Origin: Haloferula sp.
GTDB taxonomy: Bacteria > Verrucomicrobiota > Verrucomicrobiia > Verrucomicrobiales > Akkermansiaceae
NCBI GenBank assembly: GCA_007126655.1
Contig: SLAV01000084.1
Location: 1 to 60,452, forward strand
DNA: 60,452 nt
Direction of reading: 5' to 3'
A program made the position numbers and the translations under genes. A model generated the notes under the pieces. It did not search any database, was not told the DNA's origin, and worked only from the letters and a program-made list of their open reading frames with translations. Shown here in pieces: positions 1-9,388 of the stretch (position 1 is its first letter; the number at the start of each line of letters is the position of its first letter).

Positions 1-841
1 TCATGGCGGTGGTGATTTCGAGAAGTTCGGAGGTGATGGCGGCCTGGCGGACCTTGTTGTATTCGAGGGTGAGTTCCTTGATGAACTTCTTGGCGTTGTC
101 GGTGGCGGACTTCATGGCGACCATGCGCGCGGAGTGCTCGGAGGCGCGCGCCTCGAGGAGTGCCTGATAGACCTGGTAGTTGATGTAGAGCGGGAGGATG
201 GCGTCGAGCACCTCGGCGGGCGAGGGTTCGAAGCCGATATCGGTGGCTCCCGCCGGGCCATCGGCACCGGGTTGCGCGGCGGGGGGCTGGACGGGAAGCA
301 GGGTGAAGGTGTCCGGTTCCTGGCGCAGGGTGTTGATGAAGCGGGTGTAGGCGATGGTGACCTTGTCGAAGTGGCCGTCGGCGAACTGGCTGGTGAGGAA
401 TTTCGCGATGGCGCGCGCCTCGGAGAACGAGACGGGATCCTTGACGGTGAAGTCGGCGAGGAGGCGGCCGCCGGTCTTTTCGGTGTAAACGCGGAGCTTG
501 CGGCCGACCGTGACGTATCCGGCGTCCTTCGGGACGATTTCGCGGTAATGGCGGGAGAGGTTGGTGTTGAGCGGACCGCAGAGGCCCTTGTCGGTGGAGA
601 TGACGAGGACGAGTTCGCGTTTGCCGTCGCGCTGTCGGAGCAGCGGGTGGGACAGCTCGTGGTCGCCGCCGGCGATATTGCCGAGCACCTTGGTGAGTTC
701 CTCCGCGTATTCCCGGCCGGCGAGCGCCTGGTCCTGGGCTTTCTTCATCTTCGCCGCGGCAACCAACTGCATCGCGCGGGTGATCTGCGCGGTGTTCTTG
801 ACGGACTTGATGCGGCGGCGGATGTCTCGGAGGTTTGCCAT
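1..841 (-). CDS. atpG: F0F1 ATP synthase subunit gamma (3' end runs off the window)
   Basis: Hand translation from ATG at 841: MANLRDIRRRIKSVKNTAQITRAMQLVAAAKM...YNKVRQAAITSELLEITTAM; follows atpA. Confidence 0.97.
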   Translation of the reverse strand, partial: MANLRDIRRRIKSVKNTAQITRAMQLVAAAKMKKAQDQALAGREYAEELTKVLGNIAGGDHELSHPLLRQRDGKRELVLVISTDKGLCGPLNTNLSRHYREIVPKDAGYVTVGRKLRVYTEKTGGRLLADFTVKDPVSFSEARAIAKFLTSQFADGHFDKVTIAYTRFINTLRQEPDTFTLLPVQPPAAQPGADGPAGATDIGFEPSPAEVLDAILPLYINYQVYQALLEARASEHSARMVAMKSATDNAKKFIKELTLEYNKVRQAAITSELLEITTAM

Positions 842-884
842 ATTTCCTTGGATTTTAGAGTCGGGAACCGGTATCCGGAGCGGA

Positions 885-2426
885 TCACTTCCAGCTCGCC
901 TTGAAGTCGGTGATCGCCTGTTTAACGGTCTCGACCATTTCCTTGTTCTTCTTGAGGTCCGGGGTTTCGTTGCGGATGGTGTCGAGCAGCTCGGCCTTGC
1001 GGGTGTTGAAGTATTCGCCCATGTCGGCCTGGCAGCGCTTGATGTCGGAGACCTCGACGTCGTCGAAGAAGCCGTTCTGCATGGCGAAGAGGTAGATGGC
1101 CTCCATTTCCATGGCGAGCGGGCTGTATTGGTTCTGTTTGAAGAGTTCGACGATGCGCGCGCCGCGGTCGAGCTTGCCCTTGGTGGCGGCGTCGAGGTCG
1201 GAGCCGAACTGGGCGAATGCCTGGAGTTCGCGGTATTGCGCGAGGTCGAGCTTGGTGGTTCCGGCGACGGACTTGATCGTCTTGGTCTGGGCGGCGGAGC
1301 CGACGCGGGAGACGGAAAGGCCGACCGAGATTGCGGGGCGGATGCCCTGGTAGAACAGGTCGGTCTCCAGATAGATCTGGCCGTCGGTGATGGAGATGAC
1401 GTTGGTGGGGATGTAGGCGGACACGTCGCCGGCCTGGGTCTCGATGATTGGCAGCGCGGTGAGCGAACCGCCGCCGGCGGCCTCGGAGAGGCGGGCGGAG
1501 CGCTCGAGCAGGCGGGAGTGGAGGTAGAAGACATCGCCCGGATAGGCCTCGCGGCCGGACGGGCGGCGGAGGATGAGCGAAACCTGGCGGTAGGCGACGG
1601 CGTGTTTGGAAAGGTCGTCGAAGACGATGAGGCAGTCCTTGCCCTGGTCCATGAGATACTCGGCGATGGCGCAGCCGGCGTATGGCGCGAGGAACTGCAT
1701 GGCCGCGGCGTCGGAGGCCGATGCGGAGACGATGGTGGTGTATTCCATGGCCCCGGCGTCCTCGAGGGTCTTCTGGATCCGCGCGACGTTGGAGAGTTTC
1801 TGGCCGACGGCGACGTAGATGCAATACATCGGCTTGTGGTCCTTGAGTTGGCCTTGCTCGGCGGCCTTGTTCTGGCGGGCCTGGGAGATGATGGTGTCCA
1901 CCGCGATTGTGGTTTTGCCGGTGGCGCGGTCGCCGATGATGAGTTCGCGCTGGCCGCGGCCGATGGGGATCATGGCGTCGATGGACATGATGCCGGTCTG
2001 CACGGGGACGGAGACGGATTTGCGCTTGATGATGCCTGGAGCGATTTTCTCCAGAGGGTAGCTGGCGTCGGCTGAGATGTCGCCCTTGCCGTCGATGGGT
2101 GTGCCGATGGCGTCCACCACGCGGCCGAGCAGGTTCTCGCCGACGGGGACGGAAAGCAATTTGCCGGTGGTTTTGCACTGGCTGCCTTCGGAGACTCCGG
2201 CGTAATCGCCGAGGAGCACGACGCCGACTTCGCTTTCCTCCAGGTTGAGGGCGATGCCGGTGACGCCGCCGTCAAATTCGATCATCTCGTTGTATGAGAC
2301 TTCGGAGAGGCCTTCGACGATCGCGACGCCGTCGCCGACCTTGCGGACGACGCCGACATTGGACTTTTCGACGGAGCCGGAGATGCCGGCGATCTGTTGT
2401 TCGAGTTCTTGGAGGATGCTGCTCAT
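885..2426 (-). CDS. atpA: F0F1 ATP synthase subunit alpha
   Basis: GDRATGKT Walker [36 protein letters not shown]. Confidence 0.99.
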   Translation of the reverse strand: MSSILQELEQQIAGISGSVEKSNVGVVRKVGDGVAIVEGLSEVSYNEMIEFDGGVTGIALNLEESEVGVVLLGDYAGVSEGSQCKTTGKLLSVPVGENLLGRVVDAIGTPIDGKGDISADASYPLEKIAPGIIKRKSVSVPVQTGIMSIDAMIPIGRGQRELIIGDRATGKTTIAVDTIISQARQNKAAEQGQLKDHKPMYCIYVAVGQKLSNVARIQKTLEDAGAMEYTTIVSASASDAAAMQFLAPYAGCAIAEYLMDQGKDCLIVFDDLSKHAVAYRQVSLILRRPSGREAYPGDVFYLHSRLLERSARLSEAAGGGSLTALPIIETQAGDVSAYIPTNVISITDGQIYLETDLFYQGIRPAISVGLSVSRVGSAAQTKTIKSVAGTTKLDLAQYRELQAFAQFGSDLDAATKGKLDRGARIVELFKQNQYSPLAMEMEAIYLFAMQNGFFDDVEVSDIKRCQADMGEYFNTRKAELLDTIRNETPDLKKNKEMVETVKQAITDFKASWK

Positions 2427-2469
2427 GGAAGAGGTGCGGGTTGCGATTTATCGGGAGAGGTGCGGGTGG

Positions 2470-2865
2470 TCATTTGAAGACGGAGGCGAGGCGGTCGATG
2501 CGGCCCTGGACGGTGCCGTCGAAGACGTCGCTGCCGACGCGGACGCGGAGGCCGCCGAGAAGCGCGGGATCCACGGAGAAGTTGAAGACGAGCCGGTCGT
2601 GGTAGCGGGCGGCGAGGTTGGCGCTGATGCGGCGCTGGTCCGCGGCGGAGAGCGGTTCGGCGCTCTCGACGGTGACGGTGCGGCGCTCGAGGTCGAGCCG
2701 GGCGAGACGGTGCAGGGCGGCGAGCATGGCGCGGTGGTCGCGCGGTTTTTTCGCGGCGATTTCCGCGCACGCGGTGCGGAGTTTGTCCTCATCGAGCCGC
2801 CCGTCCGTCTGGCACAATCCGAACAGGCGGCGGGCGTTGGCGGCGGCGACTTTGGAGATTTTCAT
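2470..2865 (-). CDS. atpH: F0F1 ATP synthase subunit delta (short form)
   Basis: VESAEPL...VDPALLGGLRVRVGSDVFDGTV; lies between atpF and atpA. Confidence 0.93.
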   Translation of the reverse strand: MKISKVAAANARRLFGLCQTDGRLDEDKLRTACAEIAAKKPRDHRAMLAALHRLARLDLERRTVTVESAEPLSAADQRRISANLAARYHDRLVFNFSVDPALLGGLRVRVGSDVFDGTVQGRIDRLASVFK

Positions 2866-2911
2866 GGGTTGTGGCTTGCGGCACGGGTGGCTGGACTATG
2901 GGCGGGGTGGA

Positions 2912-3445
2912 TCAGGCCTCGACCTTTGCCATGGAGTCCTCGTTGATGCGGCGGCGGTCGTCGTCGGAGAGCACCTTGCCGGTGACTTGGCTGGTGGTCT
3001 GGGCGACGAGGCGGCCGAATTCCTTCTTGAGTTCGGCGGAGACGCGTTGGCGTTCGGCCTTGGCCTCGGCCTCGGCCTTGGCGAGGATCTGCTGTGCCTG
3101 GGTGGACGCCTCGCGGGCTTTTTGTTCGGTGAGGGCCTCGGCTCCGGCCTTGGCCTCCTCGATGAGGCGCTGGGCCTCCTCGTTTGCCTTGGCAATGGCG
3201 GCGGCGGTGGTTGCCTCGGATTCGGCGAGCTGTTGTTCGATGCGCTTGAGGTTCTCCTCGCCTTCGGCGATGCGGGCCTTGCGTTGCTCGAGCATCTGCT
3301 GAATCGGCCCGAAGGCGAAAACCTTGAGCACGATGATCACGAGGATGACGTTGACGACCTGGGCGATGAAGTAGGCCCAGTGGACCCCGAAGGTCCGGAA
3401 AATGCCCTCGAGGGTCGAGGATTGGTCGGCAAGAACGTGGATCAT
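2912..3445 (-). CDS. atpF: F0F1 ATP synthase subunit b
   Basis: One N-terminal TM helix (FIAQVVN...FAFGPI) followed by an Ala/Glu-rich coiled coil; operon position. Confidence 0.95.
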   Translation of the reverse strand: MIHVLADQSSTLEGIFRTFGVHWAYFIAQVVNVILVIIVLKVFAFGPIQQMLEQRKARIAEGEENLKRIEQQLAESEATTAAAIAKANEEAQRLIEEAKAGAEALTEQKAREASTQAQQILAKAEAEAKAERQRVSAELKKEFGRLVAQTTSQVTGKVLSDDDRRRINEDSMAKVEA

Positions 3446-3542
3446 GGCGGATGCGGATGGGTGGCTGGTGGAGAAAAAGGCGGAGAAGGGATGCGCCGCG
3501 CGCGCGGGTGATGGCGCGCGCGGCGGAGGCTGCGGGGACGGG

Positions 3543-3731
3543 TTAAACCGCGAAGGCGGTGATGATGAAGACGCCCTCGATCAGGGCCGCGAGAATGATC
3601 GAGAGGACGAGGATGGGCGTTGCGGCTCCGGGGTTGCGGCCGGTGGCTTCGGCGGCCTTGGCTCCGAGAATGCCGATGCCAAGGGTGGTGCCGATGGCGG
3701 CGATGGCGACGTGGAAGAGTTCGAGTTCCAT
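3543..3731 (-). CDS. atpE: F0F1 ATP synthase subunit c (62 aa)
   Basis: Two hydrophobic helices, GRNP loop, ion-binding Glu in LIEG. Confidence 0.95.
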   Translation of the reverse strand: MELELFHVAIAAIGTTLGIGILGAKAAEATGRNPGAATPILVLSIILAALIEGVFIITAFAV

Positions 3732-3828
3732 GATGTGTGTGGTTCGGGGTTGTTGTGTTTGTTGGTGTGGGATTCGCGACTCCCACGGTTCCTATCCATG
3801 GTCGAGCGCGCGAAAGTGTCGGAATTTT

Positions 3829-4713
3829 TCAGTGGTGGGCCTCATGTTCGTCGCCGTGGTCGCAGATCAGTTTCACGAAGATGGCCCCGAGGAGCATGAA
3901 GACGAGCGCCTGGACGAAGCTGACGAGGACTTTCACGAAGTAGAACGGCAGGGCGGGGAGGAAAGCGAGGTACTTGGGCATGAGCGTCATGAGCGTCTCA
4001 AGCGTCTGCTCGCCGCCATACATGTTGCCGAAGAGGCGGAAGCTAAGGGCGACCGGCCGGATGGCGATGGAAATCATCTCCAGGAGGCCGACGAAGAGGA
4101 AGATCGGCACCAGCAGGATGAACATGACGCCGGAGAAGGAGCCTTTCGGCGCGAAGATGTGTGCGAAAAAGCCTTTCGTGCCGTTTTCGGAAAACGCCCA
4201 GTAGAACCAGAGCAGAGCGAAGGTGAGCGACATGGCGACGGTGAGGTTCAGGTCGGCGCTGCCGCCGCGCAGGACCGGGGTGTAATCCACGTAGTTGCCC
4301 TCGGCGTCCTTATAGTCCCAGCCGATGGTGCCGACGCCGGGGACCAGTCCGAGCAGGTTGTTGACGAGGATGAAGAAGAATATGGCACCAAAGAACCAGA
4401 AGGTACGTTTGGCGAGGTGGGATCCGAGCAGGGTTTCGAGGAAGTTGTAAACGGATTCGACGAGCCACTCGACGAAGTTCTGCAAGCCGCTCGGAATCAT
4501 CTCCATTTTCCGGGTGGCGATGCGGCTGAAGAAGATGATGATGGCTACCGAGAGCCAGACCATGACCATTGAGTTGGTGATGGGCAGCCAGTCCGGCTGG
4601 CCGGGGAAGACAGGCTCGGTGAAAAGCGGCAGGACGTAGCCTTCCGGGGCCGCGTTCGCGGACGCGAGCAGGGCGAGCAGCCAGACGGACAGGGTGGTGA
4701 GAAGAAGACGCAT
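3829..4713 (-). CDS. atpB: F0F1 ATP synthase subunit a
   Basis: RPVALSFRLFGNMYGGE and VQALVF motifs; start placed at ATG 4713 (MRLLL), which gives a signal-like N-terminus. Confidence 0.96.
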   Translation of the reverse strand: MRLLLTTLSVWLLALLASANAAPEGYVLPLFTEPVFPGQPDWLPITNSMVMVWLSVAIIIFFSRIATRKMEMIPSGLQNFVEWLVESVYNFLETLLGSHLAKRTFWFFGAIFFFILVNNLLGLVPGVGTIGWDYKDAEGNYVDYTPVLRGGSADLNLTVAMSLTFALLWFYWAFSENGTKGFFAHIFAPKGSFSGVMFILLVPIFLFVGLLEMISIAIRPVALSFRLFGNMYGGEQTLETLMTLMPKYLAFLPALPFYFVKVLVSFVQALVFMLLGAIFVKLICDHGDEHEAHH

Positions 4714-4877
4714 GCGGGTTTCCTGAGGAGGTGGGTCGGGCGGGCAGGGGATAGCGAACCGGGCGGCGGGTTCGCAAGCGCTATTTGTGAAAAGTTTCAC
4801 AAGCCCTGAAAAAACCTTCGTTGAAGGGAGAATTTGCCTTGCCAAGCCCCCCCCGCGCACGCACAGACTTTCCCGCC

Positions 4878-5153
4878 ATGAATAAAGCAGAACTCATTGA
4901 AGCTGTCCAAAAAGCCCTCGGACCCGATACCACCAAGCGCGGCGCGGAAGATGCCGTGTCCGCCGTTCTCGACACGATCGCCAAAGGCGTGAAGAAGGAC
5001 AAGAAGGTGCAGATCATCGGATTCGGGACATTCGAAGTGAAGAAGCGCGCCGCCCGCATGGGCCGCAATCCGAAGACCGGGGAGTCGATGAAAATCGCTG
5101 CCTCGAAGTCGGTCGGCTTCAAACCATCGTCGGCGCTGAAGAGCAGCCTTTGA
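4878..5153 (+). CDS. hup: HU family DNA-binding protein
   Basis: MNKAELI...IIGFGTF...GRNPKTGE. Confidence 0.97.
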   Translation: MNKAELIEAVQKALGPDTTKRGAEDAVSAVLDTIAKGVKKDKKVQIIGFGTFEVKKRAARMGRNPKTGESMKIAASKSVGFKPSSALKSSL

Positions 5154-5200
5154 TTTCCCCGCGGTCGCCGGTGATGCCGGCGGCCATGTGGAATGAATCC

Positions 5201-5230
5201 AGCCCCGGTCCTCAACGGCCGGGGTTTTTT
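5201..5230 (+). terminator. Intrinsic terminator after hup
   Basis: gccccggtc-ctcaac-ggccggggt stem-loop followed by a T tract. Confidence 0.8.
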
Positions 5231-5282
5231 GTGGAATGCCGCGCGCCCCGGCGGAATGATGCGGGTGCCGGTTCTGAGCATC

Positions 5283-6242
5283 ATGAAGCGTCATCACCAT
5301 CAGGATTACGCGGACCACGCGGCGTTGGTCCGGCTCAAGCGCGGACGGCGAGTCTGTCTTGCGATCCCGACGCTCAACGAAGAGGCGACGATCGGGCCGA
5401 TCGTGGAGACGGCAAGGCGCGAGCTGATGCAGCAGAATCCACTTCTCGACGAGATCCTGGTGGTGGACTCCGGCTCGAACGATGGGACGCGGCGGATCGC
5501 AGCGGAAGCGGGCGCGAGGGTGCTGCTTTCGGCGGCGGTCGCGCCCGAGCACGGCACGCTGCCGGGCAAGGGCGAGAACCTGTGGAAATCCCTGCTGGCA
5601 AGTGACGCGGAACTGATGTGCTGGGTGGACGGCGATTTATGCGGATTTCACGCCGGGTTCGTGGCCGGGCTGATCGGGCCCTTGCTGGCGGATGACTCGG
5701 TCGATTACGTCAAGGCTTACTATGAGCGACCACTTGGCATCGATGATCGTTGCGGGAACGGAGGGCGCGTTTCGGAGATCCTGGTTCGGCCGATGATTTC
5801 GCTATTCTATCCCGAGCTTGCAGGGGTGATCCAGCCGCTGGCGGGCGAGTATGCGGCCCGGCGCGAGTTGCTGGAGCGGTTGTCATTTCCGGCGGGCTAC
5901 GGGGTGGAGATCGCGCATTTGATCGACATCCTGGCACTGGGCGCGATCGACCGGTTGGCGCAGACGGACTTGGTGCGACGGGTTCACCGGAACCGTCCGG
6001 ACGGCGAGCTGGGTGGGATGGCCTTCGCTCTGATGCGTGTGATGCTGCGGCGGATTGAGCGCGATGGGAGGTCGGGTGGCCCGGGCGGTTTTCCCGAGGT
6101 GTTCCGGAGCTGGGATTTTTCGAACGGCTCGCCGGTGGCGGTGGAAATGGAGATCCCCGAGCCGGAGCGGCCTCCTTTGTGCGCTTTGCGTGTCGGGAAC
6201 GGCGGGGGATTGGCTGAAAAAATTCCGTGCGGTTCGCGTTAA
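5283..6242 (+). CDS. gpgS: Glucosyl-3-phosphoglycerate synthase (GT81-like)
   Basis: IPTLNEEATIG, VDSGSND, GKGENLWKSL, GGRVSEILVRP, QPLAGEYA, GYGVEI; start codon uncertain. Confidence 0.85.
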   Translation: MKRHHHQDYADHAALVRLKRGRRVCLAIPTLNEEATIGPIVETARRELMQQNPLLDEILVVDSGSNDGTRRIAAEAGARVLLSAAVAPEHGTLPGKGENLWKSLLASDAELMCWVDGDLCGFHAGFVAGLIGPLLADDSVDYVKAYYERPLGIDDRCGNGGRVSEILVRPMISLFYPELAGVIQPLAGEYAARRELLERLSFPAGYGVEIAHLIDILALGAIDRLAQTDLVRRVHRNRPDGELGGMAFALMRVMLRRIERDGRSGGPGGFPEVFRSWDFSNGSPVAVEMEIPEPERPPLCALRVGNGGGLAEKIPCGSR

Positions 6243-6326
6243 TTTTCCGCATGAATCGGGGGCGGGGAGTTTCCCGTCCGCGGGGATTGCCCCGGCAACC
6301 CGCCCAGACCGAGAATTTTTCCCACC

Positions 6327-8477
6327 ATGTCCGCCACGTCCATCCAGATCCTACACCGCGACCGCATTCCCGAAGAAGGGGTGCTGGTCATCCCCGGTCG
6401 CCTGAATTTTGAGCAACTCCTGCATCTCGAACGATTGTTTTCCGGCAGGCGGATCACCTGGCTGATCGAAGAGAACGCGACGCTCGACCCCGCGCTGCAA
6501 GGGTATCTTGAGACTTCCGATCACGGGGCGTTGTTCTCCGCCGCGGACTCGAATCCGACGGGTGCCGGTGGCCAACTCCGCGAGAATCTGGCTGACGGCG
6601 GCGTGCTGATCCATGTTCACGGTCGCGCGGCAGTAAGGAACGCGACGCCCTGCCACATTCCGACCCACGTGCTGAAGGCGATTTGCTCGTTCGGGCTGCC
6701 GGTACTGCCGGTGGCTGTGGACTGCCCGCGCGAGGCGTTGCTTTCGGTGGAGTCCGCCTCGTCGGTTCCGGCAAACCAGATGGTAATCGGGCGGATGATT
6801 CCGGGTGAGGAGTGCAGTCTCGCGGCGTATCGCAAGGGGTTGCTGGAGGCGGCGGAGGAGGGCTTTGCATCCCGCCCGCTGCTGAAGGCCTCGCTGGCAT
6901 CCGTGCTGCTGCGCGGGTTGAAACGCCACGGCGCACGGCGCCGGGTGTTTGATGGTTCGGACGACTCGGAGTTCGGATACGACCGGATTCTCGCCGCCGC
7001 CATCGTGCTCTCGAAACGCATCCGGGAGGAGACCGACGCGCCGCGCGTGGCGATCGTGCTGCCGCCCGGCAAGGGCGGGCTCATCGCGAACCTTGCGGTA
7101 TTGTTTGCGGGCAAGGTGCCGGTGAACCTGAATTTCACGGCCTCCCATGAAGCGGTTCGTTCGTCGATCCGCCAGTCGGGTGTGGATCGTTTCATCACGG
7201 CGGACCCGTTCGTGCGCAAGGTGCCGTCGTTTCCGTGGCCGCCGAACCGTGACCTGATCCTGCTGGAGCGCGAGCTGCCCTTGCTGAAGAAAAAAATCAT
7301 CACCTGGGCGATGGTTTGCAAGGTGCTGCCGGCTCCGGTGCTCACGGTGCTGCTCGGGCTGAACAAGCGTCGTGGCGAGGACGAGGCGATCCTCCTGTTC
7401 ACCTCGGGATCCTCCGGCGAGCCGAAGGGGGTGGCCCTGAGCCACCGCAATGTGCTGGCGAACGTCTGCCAGTTCGCCAGTCGCCTGGACATGCCCGGCG
7501 ACGCTTCGGTGCTGGGTTGTCTGCCACTGTTCCATTCCTTCGGCTGCACCGTGACGCTGTGGTATCCCGTGATCGAGGGAATCGATCTGGTGACCTATCC
7601 GAGCCCGCTGGAAACCAAGCGGCTGGCCGAGTTGATTGCGCTGCACCAGGTATCGCTGCTGCTGGCCACACCGACGTTCCTGCGCGGCTACATGAAGCGC
7701 ATCGACCCGGCGAGGCTGGCCTCGCTGAAGCTGGTGGTGACCGGCGCCGAAAAGCTGCCGCAGTCGCTGGCGGACGCGTTCGAGGAGAAATTCGGCATGC
7801 GCCCGCAGGAGGGCTACGGCCTCACCGAGACATCACCCGCGACAAATGTGAACCTGCCGGATCCCGAGCCGGGCCACGACGAGGTGGTGATTCCGTCGTC
7901 CCGTTCCGGATCGGTCGGGCAGGTGCTTCCTGGGCTGGCGATCCGGCTCACGGATCCCGCGACCGGGCGCGACATTCCGATCGACCGCCAGGGGATCATC
8001 TGGTTCCGCGGGGCCAACGTGTTCGGCGGGTATCTGGACAACGAGGAGAAGTCGAAGGAGGTGCTCAGCGACGGCTGGTTCCGCACCGGGGACGTGGGCC
8101 GGGTGGACGACGACGGTTTCCTCTACATCGAGGGCCGGATCTCGCGGTTCTCGAAGATCGCCGGGGAGATGGTTCCCCACGAATCGGTTGAGGCCGCCAT
8201 CGTGAAGGTGCTGGGCCTCGACGGGGAGTCGGAGCGCAAGGTGGCCGTCGTCGGCGTACCGGACGAAAAGAAGGGCGAGGCCATCCTGCTGCTCTCGACC
8301 GTCGCGGGGGTGGCGCACGAGCAGGAGTGCATTGACCTGCGCTACAAGCTGCTCGACACGGGGGTGCCCTCGCTCTGGTGCCCGAAGGCCATCGTGCCGG
8401 TCGATGAAATTCCGGTGCTGGCCTCCGGCAAGCTGGATATCAAGGGTTGTGAGAAACTCGCGAAGGAAAATGCCTGA
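6327..8477 (+). CDS. Aas-like acyl-ACP synthetase / AMP-binding protein with a degenerate N-terminal acyltransferase domain
   Basis: FTSGSSGEPKG, QEGYGLTE, WFRTGD, RFSKIAGEMV, VLASGKLD. Confidence 0.85.
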   Translation: MSATSIQILHRDRIPEEGVLVIPGRLNFEQLLHLERLFSGRRITWLIEENATLDPALQGYLETSDHGALFSAADSNPTGAGGQLRENLADGGVLIHVHGRAAVRNATPCHIPTHVLKAICSFGLPVLPVAVDCPREALLSVESASSVPANQMVIGRMIPGEECSLAAYRKGLLEAAEEGFASRPLLKASLASVLLRGLKRHGARRRVFDGSDDSEFGYDRILAAAIVLSKRIREETDAPRVAIVLPPGKGGLIANLAVLFAGKVPVNLNFTASHEAVRSSIRQSGVDRFITADPFVRKVPSFPWPPNRDLILLERELPLLKKKIITWAMVCKVLPAPVLTVLLGLNKRRGEDEAILLFTSGSSGEPKGVALSHRNVLANVCQFASRLDMPGDASVLGCLPLFHSFGCTVTLWYPVIEGIDLVTYPSPLETKRLAELIALHQVSLLLATPTFLRGYMKRIDPARLASLKLVVTGAEKLPQSLADAFEEKFGMRPQEGYGLTETSPATNVNLPDPEPGHDEVVIPSSRSGSVGQVLPGLAIRLTDPATGRDIPIDRQGIIWFRGANVFGGYLDNEEKSKEVLSDGWFRTGDVGRVDDDGFLYIEGRISRFSKIAGEMVPHESVEAAIVKVLGLDGESERKVAVVGVPDEKKGEAILLLSTVAGVAHEQECIDLRYKLLDTGVPSLWCPKAIVPVDEIPVLASGKLDIKGCEKLAKENA

Positions 8478-8606
8478 GCGCCGGGAGCGGGGGCGGTCCG
8501 GGTGATTTTCCGACTGGCCAGCACCGGCTGACCGGTCTTTGATCCTCGCGCGGCTTCACCCGCATGCGATTCCACGCGTTCCCAACCCACCACTACTCCA
8601 AGTGCC

Positions 8607-9380
8607 ATGAAAGTCGTCGCCATCGCCAACCAGAAGGGAGGAGTGGGGAAAACCACGACCGCGCTCAACCTTTCCGCCGGTCTGGCGCTGCGCGGGCAGC
8701 GCGTGCTGCTGATCGACCTGGACCCGCAGGCGAACTGCACCAGCGGCCTGGGCATCGATCCGCCGGAGGGAGGCAGCATCTATCCGGTGCTGCTCGGCGA
8801 ATGCTCGGTGCATGACCAGAAGCTGCCGACCGGACGCGGGAATCTCACGCTGGTCCCATCGGAGATGGACCTCGCGGGCGTGGAGATCGAGCTGGCCCGC
8901 AGCGACGACCACCTGACCCGCCTGCGCGGCATCCTGCAGGCGCTGAAGCCGAACGATCTCTATGAATACTGCATCCTCGACACCCCGCCGTCGCTCGGCG
9001 TCCTGATGACGTCGGCGCTGGCTGCGGCCGACGAGATCCTGATCCCGCTGCAATGCGAGTGGTTCGGCCTGGAGGGGCTGGCGAAGATCGTGCATGTGAT
9101 CGACCAGATCCGCTCGTCCGACACCGGCCTGGCCATCGAGCTGGAGGGTATCGTCATGACGATGTATGACGGGCGGACGCTGCTTTCCCGGCAGGTGGTG
9201 GACGAGGTGTCGAAGTATTTTCCGGACCATGTCTATCGCACGCTGGTGCCGCGCACGATCCGTATTGGCGAGGCTCCGAGCCACGGACGCACGATTTTCG
9301 AGCACGACGCCAGCGGGCTCGGTGCGAAGGCCTACGGCAACCTTGCCGGCGAATTCCTCGCCCGCCATGGCGTGAAGTGA
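8607..9380 (+). CDS. parA: ParA/Soj family ATPase
   Basis: [30 protein letters not shown]. Confidence 0.93.
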   Translation: MKVVAIANQKGGVGKTTTALNLSAGLALRGQRVLLIDLDPQANCTSGLGIDPPEGGSIYPVLLGECSVHDQKLPTGRGNLTLVPSEMDLAGVEIELARSDDHLTRLRGILQALKPNDLYEYCILDTPPSLGVLMTSALAAADEILIPLQCEWFGLEGLAKIVHVIDQIRSSDTGLAIELEGIVMTMYDGRTLLSRQVVDEVSKYFPDHVYRTLVPRTIRIGEAPSHGRTIFEHDASGLGAKAYGNLAGEFLARHGVK

Positions 9381-9388
9381 CCGCGCCG

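Noticed and set aside
134-2075. Long + strand ORFs opposite atpG/atpA, and similar ones opposite mrp, the sulfatase, aroA, DUF3863 and SASA genes
   Set aside because: These are antisense or alternate-frame shadows expected from high GC3 codon bias, with no recognisable motifs
3543-3731. Na+-translocating ATP synthase, given Mrp and SbtA nearby
   Set aside because: Subunit c has IEG and lacks the Gln...Glu-Ser/Thr Na+-binding signature, so it looks H+-type
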